Below, one piece after another: positions 54,141 through 64,000 of a DNA stretch of 64,000 nt. The notes beneath the pieces were generated by a model. The model did no database searches and was not told where the DNA came from. It saw nothing but the letters and a program-made list of their open reading frames with translations. Source of the stretch: Phoronis australis (Eukaryota; Animalia; Phoronida); the NCBI GenBank assembly GCA_002633005.1, contig NMRA01001023.1, positions 1-64,000 of the forward strand. The letters are read 5' to 3'. Position 1 is the stretch's first letter. Each line of letters opens with the position of its first letter. Both the position numbers and the translations under genes were made by a program.

Positions 54141-57100
54141 GAGGTAGAAAAACGCTGCATTCGATGCGAGCGACGCCTGGGTGTGGAAGGGAAAATAAAC
54201 TTATGTGGGCCTTTTACTTAAGTTTTGTTCACTTCATTGTGAAAATATTTTCTATAGAATATTTATGCTTCCACATTTACCAAAAGGCTCGAATTTCATT
54301 AATTCATTTCAAACTTTGCAGAATCACCAATTCCTTAGAGAGTTATTTCAAACTGACAAGAATTACCTAGTGCACTTTGATGTTTGGACCCGTCGGGGCG
54401 ATTCGGCTGCGCTCCAGTGGAATAAGCCCCAGGCCTATCATCATTTCTTGCAAGATTAGCTTCTGAATGTCAAAAAATTGTCTATGGTTAATTTCATTTT
54501 AAAAGATACATCAACATTTAAATCCGAAAAATTAAGTTATCTTAAAATAACCTTGTAATATTGGGCAGAAAAACAAGTTCGCTACAAATGACTGCCCGAC
54601 TCTGGGGCACACTGGCATGAGCCAGTCTTATCGGAACCGTTGGAACCTAAAAATTATTCGGGAAGGGGTTTCTTCTTGAATTTCAACATGCTAATTTATT
54701 TGCAGCTTGAAAGTGTGTGCATAACACTGAAGTTTCCTCGGATTCTTTTAGACTATATGATTAAAGTGGCGAGAGCACAAAAGTTGGTTCATCATTGTGT
54801 GCATTCGATAATCCGACTCAGTAGGCGGCAAAAATGACCGGATTCCCCCTAAAAAAATGTCATGTCCATGCACGGATCCAAAAGGAAAATCCAACACTGA
54901 TAGTTGACGATTGCCCTCTTTAAACTTCTCTGTTCTGTTTGTCTCGCCATGTCTTCCTGCTCGGCTGAAATGCCCAGGCGACCCCTGTGTGCATTGCCGA
55001 TCGTCACGGGTTACGAATATACTCGAGAAACTCATTCTTTCGGTGCACTCAATGAAAACCAGCCTATTGTAAATGCTTTCAATTCCTGTAATAAGATCTG
55101 TACTAAATTTACATTATTATTAAATGGTAGTCTAAACTTCGACCTTTTTCTTAATGAATTTCTCTTAAGCAATGTTCGTGAATTTTCATGCATCGCTCAT
55201 CTTGTTGCTTCCATATCTGTACATCATTTTGTTTTTAACACGTTTGTAAAAACATATCTAACTATTTGAATATTTATATTAGATACTACTTACATGAATA
55301 TAGCTCGTATGTATACTACATTATGTACTGTCTACTACCCGAAGCTTCGCGATTTCTGTGCATTCTTCATTAATCGCCTTGAAAAAAAAAACAAAAAAAA
55401 ACAAGAACATCGAAACCGTCAGCGACTCAAAAACAGGTTTCAGACTTCCGTAAATCAGAGATGTTCACATTGGTCGTTACTTACCGAAAAGGGTACCTTT
55501 TTATGTTACTGGTACTTGAAATCAAAATTGAATTTATTGTTGTAATTTTCTATTCAACTTTCGTGTAAGTTATTCAATGCTCGAATGCCAGTCGCTCTCA
55601 AAAATACCTGTGATCTCATCTCCTCGGACGACCACACCATTTCCGTCGTTCCACTCAGTTTCCAAAAGTCCTCTAACTGTTAATTATAATATATAAAGAT
55701 GTATAATTTTGGATGAATACCAAAATGACCCCTAGCACTAAAGTGTAAAGGATTATGTTCCGAACTAAAACCTTTGTACTTACAAGAAATTTTTTGAATC
55801 ATTGAATTGTTTCCCTAATGGCTTAACTATAGTCATTTATATAGCGTCTCTGGTTCATTTCCTTTTTATGTTATTATTACACGGTGTTATTTTTGCATTT
55901 TGGTAGCACTCATATGAATGTGGGTGCATCAGTAAAACGCGACTTCTGCCCTGTTGATAAGTGGTTTAATACCAACAAAGACGTAAACAACAGTAAAAGT
56001 TGTCTGGGAACAATGCGTCTATTTGAGGTTTTAATGATAATTAAGTTAGTTACGCACTGCAAAATCAGTTGACATTGCGAGTGAACGTTAAAATAGCTAA
56101 CATTGTTAAGGACTGTATAGGTTATGTGTACCAAAACAAGTTTTCACCGAATAATTAACCGAAGACTTAGAGATTTTCACTTGTCCCAGTTTAATCGGCT
56201 TTTTCTCGGCTTCAGCAAATCGACTTTATTTGAACTTAGGAACACTAGTTCTTGATGGATTTCGCTGAAACTTTCCAAACTTAATATCTAGTCATCAATA
56301 TCAAAAAACGCATTCAGGATTTTTGATATAAAGGCTTAGTTTTTGCGTAATGTGACAAAGACGAATACGACTTCAATTTTTTACAAAAATACCTTACGTT
56401 TTGCGAGTTGATTTGTCATAGAAACCAAACGAAAAGACTAATCGAAAATTCATAACAGCGTTTCTGAGGTAACTGGTGAAGTTTTCATTTAAAAAGGTTT
56501 CATTAAAATTGACCGAGCAATTATTTTGCTATGAATGTACCTTTCTTAAAAATGAAATTTTGATTTAAAAAGGTTTTCCCGTAAAAATAATAATGGCACA
56601 TAAATACAAAAAGTATACTTATATTTCATGGTCTTTGTTCTCTCAGAAAATACATACTTTTACTAGTTGACGAAGCTTAGTTTTTTCGATATACGAGTTA
56701 GAATGGACACGGAGGCCACTAAATAAGGTTGGAGATAACCTTTTAACCCAACGACGGGTTAAAAGTTTGAGTTTGAACTCGAAATTTCGAGTTTTACTCG
56801 AGTTTGTAGCATAAATATAAGGGTCTTCAAGTGCAAACTTAGAGTAGAAACTCATAGGCATAAACTATAATGTATTCGAGCACAGTCTGATAACCACTTA
56901 TATTGAGTTCGGATAAAAGGAGCAACAATTAGAGACCGGTCACTGGTATGTTAGTAGCTAGCGATAGTTCAAATTTACCATGCTGTATTTTTTCCGTTCC
57001 ATGCAATTACCGGGCATTTTACGAAACATTAACTCTTGAAAACATCTTGCTATTGTGTATCGAGATGGGACCCAGGGGATCTGTTAGCGGACTTGACCAC

Positions 57101-58616
57101 GTTCCTTAAATCTTCTCACAACTTGTGGACTTTGTTTACTCACTTTGTTTACTCATTTATGGCATATTTTCTTGCCATTTCATCTTTGTTATAAGGTCCT
57201 CTTTTATTCATGACATTTTCTAATAATCTGAAAGCTGGGCCCTAGTATTTTGAGGAAAAAATGTAGACGCCTCTTAAATTAGGATCATTCAATGAAAAAA
57301 AGTTCAGTCCTGTTATTCATTTTCAATATAGTACTCTATAAGAATTCGACGTCGTTAAATTTACTCTCGATATTAATGTTAATAATGGACTAAGTGGAGA
57401 AGATAAAATAGTAAAAGAGCTTGGAGAATGAAGGGAATGCAGAGTCCCTATTTCATTCAACCGGCTATTGAATCCCCCTAGTCAATGGCTTCATGTCTGT
57501 CCATTGCCAGCGAGACCAATGACACACGTTATGGGGAGGCTATCTATTCTTGATTCTGGATAGGCGTCGGGAGTATTTTCATTAATTGAATTCGCCTAGA
57601 CAAACTGTAAGGTTAGGACCATCACACAACCGTACGTCCCTAAAAAACGACGTTCACGTACGTGTCTTCATCAATGTGACCAATTGTCCACCAAAGAATG
57701 AATTACTTAATTTTGCCGATTGGATGCAACGGACTTCGCGTTGCATTGTATTCTACGCACATAGAGCAAAACGAGCTGTAGGCGAATTCCGTAAGGTGAT
57801 TGGCTTTCTTTCCAGCCCGCGTCGACTTGTCGAGTTGTATAGTCGCTCTCAAAAATACCTTTATAAAACTATTTCTGTGATCTCATGTCTTCGGATGACC
57901 ACACCACTACCCTCGTTCCACCCAGTTTCTAAAGTCGTTTAACTATTTATGCGTTTTTCTAATTGCGGGAGCCGTATACCCAGCCTGGACCTACTGTCCC
58001 TCTAAGCCCATTGGTTCCGTTGACTTGTTTTTAGTTGGCGCCACTTTTCTTGCTCTCCTTCTATGACATCAATTTGTTCTGTAATCAGTTCTGTGAGGAA
58101 AAATTTTCCTCAGGAGAAAAGTGTTCTGACCTTTTTCTACTCATTTTATTGATGACAGAGCCACCAGGAAAATACGTCTGCACTGATTCTACCTACAACT
58201 GTGCGCTGTCATTGAAACCCACTTAATCACAGTTCCATTGAAGCACTTTAATAGTATCTTTTATAGGTTAACCCAGGTCCACATAGTGGGGTGCCTTGGA
58301 TACTTTAAACCTTGTTCCATTAAACCCGATCCTTGTAAACAAGAATTTTTTGGAGAGTTGAAATGCACCCACGACTGCAATGCAATTCCAATAGTGTTTT
58401 TATTATCGTAAAAATTTCACTGAATACATTGCACCTATCCAAAACAAGGCGTCGTCTTCTCCTAAGAACACTGTCCGGCAAAATTAAGTGAAAATCAACA
58501 AAGAAACTATAAAGATAGACAGGCGTAACTCCATTTTTTGATAAAAAAATCCATTCGGAGGCACACCATTGGTCCAATTGTTGTCGCCAAATTGTAACCT
58601 TGCAAACAGAGCTTAA

Positions 58617-59948
58617 CGGCGAAGGCAACCTTTTTCATGTCATTTTTAGCAAAAATAAGGTTCGTTGATTATCCCAGACATATTTTTCACTTATTTACTG
58701 CTTTTCGTAATTTAATTAATTACTCGTCGTCTACTCCGGAAGTGACGTTTTGGGAGGCAAGAATTTCGCGCCAATTTCTTTTCATATAGTCTGACTGTGA
58801 GAGCAGTCGAGTCAGTCATTGTTCTACCTCGGTTGTGATAAGTTCGGTCGTCGTTTGCTTTTGCTTACGACTAGTCAGTCAACATGCCACGCTGTTGCTG
58901 CGTACTGGGGTGTACCCATTATCGTCTCACGTACAGAGGAAGAACTGTCCCACTTGCCCGAGTGTCCCGCGACACACTCCCACTGGAGGGTGATCTGAGC
59001 ACCCAAACTGCTTACATCCCGCCGTGTGACTCCCGCGCCACAACCTGGCACCTTCCAAATAGCTCCAATACAAGTCCACAATAAACTTCTCAAACTTAGG
59101 CTCACCGATCTTTTCATTGGATGACGAAATGTCCTCTTCACTGGGTGTCGAACTGGGCCTGTATTCACTCCCACTACTCAGCATCGCTGCAGGGCTGCTT
59201 ACAGGCTCTGGACTAGAGACAACAGCACAGGGCGAATCACTGCTACTTCCCGGAATTGCACGCAATGGGTTACGTTCGGAGGCACGGGTAACAGTAGATG
59301 AAGTGCCTCCAGTCACTGTATATAGTGGCCACAGCTCTCGAGGCTTCTCGCTTCAAAAACGCACTTCTCGGGGTTGGCGACGGGGCACTACCGGGAATCA
59401 ACAGCGACGGTATGGTACCCTTCTTCAGGCGTTGTTTCGCAGGGACCTTCATCAATTCAGCGTACATATCTGTCATAATCTGGCGGCAGAAAATGGTTGC
59501 CACACACTCGGTAACCCTCCATTGCTTTGTACGTTGCGTGGACGGGTAGCGCTGCGTTCTTCACATGAACGAGCTAGCCAAGTACGGCGAAGTGTGTCAT
59601 CCCTCGGAAAGCGACGGAAGGTTCCCAAAACGCGTGTGACACGATAATGAGTACACCCCGGCACGCAGCAACAGTGTGGCATGTTGACTGACTTGTAAGC
59701 GAAAGCAAACGACGACCGAACTTATCACAAACGAGGTAGAACAATGAGTGACTCGACAGCTCTTACAGTCAGACTATAATGAAAAGAAATTGGCGCCAAA
59801 CTCTTGCCTCCCAAAACGTCACTTCTGGAGTAGAGGACGAGAAATAAATCAAATTACAAAAAGCTGTAATTAAGTGAAAAATGTGTCTGGGATAATCAAC
59901 GAACCTTATTTTTGTTAAAAGTGACATGAAAAAAGGTTGCCTTCGCCT
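58617..59948. mobile_element. Non-autonomous Kolobok-like DNA transposon with ~315-bp inverted arms and a THAP-transposase pseudogene
   Basis: Arm 58617-58931 is the reverse complement of ~59633-59948. Termini read (A/C)GGCGAAGGCAACC with TTAA at 58613-58616 and 59951-59954. AGG termini, a TTAA target and a THAP domain are Kolobok traits. Confidence 0.8.
58932..59682 (-). pseudogene. Frameshifted THAP-domain transposase N-terminus
   Basis: Across frames: MPHCCCVPGC..FRRFPRDDTLRRTW / YRVCGNHFLPPDY / DMYAELM..RLKKGTIPS (a complete C2CH THAP), a Ser-rich linker, then KFIV..LELFGRC..GCGAG..LQWECVAGHSGKWDSS. Truncated before any DDE core. Confidence 0.8.
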
Positions 59949-61033
59949 TTTTAAAGGCTCTTAAAAGAGCATGTTCGCGAATGGACCAGGCAGAGGATAC
60001 TATTTGTTTTCCGGCAAACGTCAACAAAAAGTGAATATTTGCTAATAGCTGGCCCGCAAACTGCGAATCAATCGATCATTTATCAAATTTCGTATTTTCT
60101 AGGCACAGAGGGTACTCTACTTTTTTTCTAAAAAGTACTCGTAGTCATGGAATTAGGATACTTCCTACACAAACAGCAGTAATTTTGGCAGAAAACCTTT
60201 TGCGAGAGTCGAAATTCAAATCTCACTGGTTTTACAAAGCTCAGTAATCTTATTCGCACGGCTAAAGAACAAAACAAAACAAAACACCGTCGACAAATCA
60301 TTTTCATAACATTTTCCTTCAAAAATCGTGGTTACCCCTCCCACCCACTTGCGACTTTCCAAATCTTACTGTGATGTATAAACAATATCATTTATTTTTG
60401 GTTTTATCTGTGATTGTCCTGTTAACAAAGACACTTACTGTGAGTTAGCTGTGGAGTGTGTCTGAACAAACGTTATTTTTGAGGAATCGTCAAGTGGTTT
60501 GATGCAGGGCTTTGAAAGCGGAGGGCACTGTCAATGTGAAATATTCATTGGCAATTACAGGCAAACGCAAAACCTCTGGCCAGATTAATGTGGACGTTAT
60601 ATAGGCGCCAGTGTCCCATTAACGTCACTTTTGAAATGCTATGGCTGGCTAATGTTATCATTTTGCTATCTGTATGCATTTTGTTGTGACTGACACAAGT
60701 GAAAAATGGAAAACTTTCAAGTAGCAATGGGGGCTGACAACATGGAACCAGCTACCAGTGAAAAGATACTTCGCCTGCGCAGTGGGAGGCACATAGGAAC
60801 GTAGTTGAATAAGAGTGTGTAACTAGTTGTGAGAAGTCTAAAGAAGTGAATTCAAATTACATCACAGCCCTCCAGAGGGCAAAAGTATCCTGTTCCAGGT
60901 GAGCAGCTGTTACTTGACCATATAAATGCCTCCTGTTGGAAGCATGATAGATTTTCATCCACTGCACAGGTCACGTGAAAGAAGTGAGGATAATAAAGGT
61001 TGCTTTCTGTATGAAGTCCATAAGTACACGACA

Positions 61034-62160
61034 AGCTAGTGAGAGCTAGTGGGAGCTCGTGAGAGTTAGTGAGAGCTAGTGAGAGCTCGTGAGAGCTAGT
61101 GAGAGCTAGTGAGAAATCGTAAGCGCTCGTGAGAGTTAGTGAGAGCTAGTGAGAGCTCGTGAGAGCTAGTGAGAGGTAGTGAGAGCTCAAGAGAGCTAGT
61201 GAGAGCTAGTGAGATCTAGTGAAATCTAGTGAGAAGTAGTGAGAAATAGTTAGAGCTAGTGATAGCAAGTGAGATCCACTGGGAGCTCAAGGGAGGTAGT
61301 GAGATATAGTGAGGGCTCGTGAGAGCTCGTAAGAGCTAGTGACAGCTAGTGAGAGCTTGTGAGAGCCCGTGAGAGCTCGTGGGAGCCAGTGAGAGCTAGT
61401 GAAAGCTAGTGAGAAATAGTGATAAATAGTGAGAGCTACTGAGAGCAAGTGAGATCCACTGGGAGCTCGTGAGAGGTAGTGAGATATAGTGAGAGCTCGT
61501 GACAGCTGGTGAGAACTAGTGAGAGCTATTGAGAGCAAGTGAGAAATAATGAGAGCTAGTGGGAGCTCGTGAGAAATAGTGAGAGCTCGTGAGAGGTATT
61601 GAGAGGTAGTGAAAGCTCGTGAGAGCTCGTGAGAGCAATTGAGAGCTAGTGAAAGCTCGTGAGAGCTCGTGAGAGCTTCTGAGACCTACTGAGAGCTAGT
61701 GAGAGCTAGTGAGATTTTGTGAGAGCTAGTGAGAGCTCGTGAGAGCTAGTGAGAGCTGTGAGAGCTAGTGAGGGCTCAGGAGAGGTCGTGAGACCCAGTG
61801 AAAGCTAGCGAGAACTAGCGAGAGCTAGGGAGAGCTTGTGAGAGCTAGTGAGAGCTAGTGAGAGCTAGTGAGAGCTCGTGAGAGCTAGTGAGAGCTAGTG
61901 AAAGCTAGTGAGAACTAGTGAGAACTAGTGAAAAATTGTGGGAGCTAGTGAGAGCAAGTGAGATCCACTGGGAGCTCGTGATACGTAGTGAGATATAGTG
62001 AGAGCTCGTGAGAGCTCGTGAGAGCTAGTCAGAGCTAGTGAGAGCTAGTGAGAGCTAGTGAGAGCTAGTGAGAGCTAGTGAGAGCTAGTGAGAGCTCGTG
62101 AGAGCTCGTGGGAGCNAAATGAGAGCTAGTGGGAGCTCATCAGAGCTAGTGGCAGCTAGT
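61034..62160. repeat. 10-bp satellite (AGTGAGAGCT / CGTGAGAGCT)n
   Basis: More than 100 tandem 10-mers are directly visible; contig join at 62116. Confidence 0.97.
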
Positions 62161-62170
62161 CATATGTGAA

Positions 62171-64000
62171 AGCTCTGGCTAGCTATGGCTAGCCATTGCT
62201 AGCCATAGCTAGCCATATCTAGCCGTAGCTAGCCATAGCTAGCTGTAGCTAGGCAGAGCTAGCCATAGCTAGCCAAAGGTAGCCATAGCTAGGCAAAGCT
62301 AGCCATAGCTAGCCACAGCTAGCCACAGCTAGCCATAGCTAGCCATACCTAGCCAAAGCTAGCTATAGTTAGCCATAGATAGCCAGAGCTAGCCTGAGCT
62401 AGCCATAGCTAGCCACAGCTAGCCATACCTAGCCAAAGCTAGCTATAGCTAGCCATAGCTAGCTATAGCTTTCCAGAGCTAGACATAGCTAGCCATAGCA
62501 AGAAAGAGCTAGCCATAGCTAGCCATAGCAAGGAAGAGCTAGCCAGAGCCAGCCATAGCCAGCCAGAGCTAGCCATAGCTAGCTAAAGCGAGTCATAGCT
62601 AGCTATGAATAGCAATGGTTAGCTATGCCTAGCTATGGCTAGCTATGGCTATCTCTGGCCAGATTTGGCTAGCTCTGGCTAGCTCTAGCAAGCTATGGAT
62701 AGCTATCTCTGGCCAGGGCTAGCTATGGCTAGCTCTCGATAGTTCTCGTTAGCTCTGGCTAACTCTGGCTAGCTCTGGCTAGCTCTGGCTAGATCTGGCT
62801 AGTTCTGAAAAGCTATGCCTAGCTATTGCTAGCTCTGGCTCGCTATGGCTAGCTATGGCTGGCTATGGCTAGCTCTGGCTATCTGTGGCTAGCTATGGCT
62901 AGCTATGGATAGGTATGGCTAGCTAGGGATAGCTATGGCTAGCTAGGGATAGCTATGCCTAGCTCTCAATAGTTCCTTTCTAGCTCTGGCTAGTTGTGGC
63001 TAGCTAAGGCTAGCTTTGCCTAGCTATGGCGAGCTATGGCTAGCTATGGCTAGCTCTGGTTGGCTATGGCTAGCTATGGCTAGCTTGGGCTAGCTAGAGC
63101 TAGCTTTGGCTAGCTAGAGCTAGCTTTGGCTAGCTAGGTCTGGCAATGGCCAGGTCTGGCTAGCTCTGGCTAGCTCTGGCTAGCTGTGGCTAACTATGGA
63201 CACCTATGGCTAGCTATGGCTAGCTATGGCTAGCTATGAACAGCTATGGCTAGCTAGGGTAACATATGGCTAGCTCTGGCTAGCTCTGGATAGCTATGGT
63301 TAGCTATGGCTCGCTCTGGCTAGCTCTGGCTCGCACTGTCTAGCTATTGCTAGCTATGGCCAGCTATGGCTAGCTCTGGTTACATCTTGCTAGCTCTGGC
63401 TAGTTCTGGGTAGCTTTGGCTACCTATTGATCTCAATGGCTAGCTATGGTTGGCTTTGGCTCGCTCTGGATAGATATGGAAAGTTTGTGTAGCTATGGAT
63501 AGCTATGGCTTTGTAGGGCAAGGTGTGGCTAGCTCTGGCTAGCTCAGGCTATCTCTGGCTAGGTATGGCTAGCTATATATATCTATGGCTAACTACTGCT
63601 AGCTATGGCTAGCTCTGGCTAGCTCTGTGTAGCTATGGCTAGCTATGGATAGCTATGGATAGCTAAGGGCTAGCCAGGGCTAGCTTTGGCTAGCTCTGGC
63701 TAGCTCTGGCTAGCTATTAAAAGCTCTGACTAGCTATGGCTAGCTTTGGATTCCTCTGGCTCGCTCTGGTTGGCTATCACTAACTATGGCTAGCTATGTA
63801 AAGCTAGGGCTGGCTAGGGCTAGCTATGGCTAGATATGGCTAGCTATGGTTGCTCTGGATAGCTCTGGCTAGCTCTGGCTAGCTATGGCCAGATATGGCT
63901 GGCTATGGATAGCTTTGGCTAGCTATGGCTAACTATGGCTAGCTACTGCTAGCTCTGGATAGCTCTGGTTAGTTCTGGCTAGCCATGGCTAGCTATGACA
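62171..64000. repeat. 10-bp satellite (AGCTATGGCT / AGCTCTGGCT)n with an inverted block at ~62191-62605
   Basis: Tandem 10-mers run to the window end. The inverted block reads AGCCATAGCT, the reverse complement of the main unit. Confidence 0.97.

Noticed and set aside
59117-59647. 176-aa + strand ORF
   Set aside because: Antisense shadow of the GC-rich THAP transposase pseudogene.
60868-60898. Possible micro-exon cag-CCCTCCAGAGGGCAAAAGTATCCTGTTCCAG-gtgag
   Set aside because: Good splice signals, but no partner exons or recognisable protein in the window.
61287-61538. Repetitive 83-aa ORF
   Set aside because: Translation of the 10-bp satellite.

Overview
AT-rich, intron-rich animal (invertebrate-like) genomic DNA from a draft assembly, with N-gaps at 17846-18031 and 44050-44960 and single-N contig joins at 24935, 26934, 29946, 53883 and 62116. 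Two gene families are present. The first is a tandem cluster of GM2-activator-like (ML-domain) lipid-binding genes on the + strand: paralog 1 is complete and present twice, and paralog 2 is partial. The second is the ribosome-biogenesis gene WDR36/UTP21 on the - strand, with a near-complete copy at 34751-54094 and a 3'-half copy at 7233-17155. Most of 1-16670 is repeated at 24566-44049, probably because two haplotypes were scaffolded in tandem. Also present are a decayed RT+RNase H non-LTR retrotransposon, tRNA-derived SINEs, several MITEs, and a Kolobok-like THAP element built from two facing left ends (58617-59948). The window ends in two related 10-bp satellites with an internal inversion. 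The most interesting unexplained signal is a set of structured islands in WDR36 introns on the transcribed strand, including one canonical-looking H/ACA snoRNA candidate. All identifications come from reading the sequence and recalling homologs; no database search was run.
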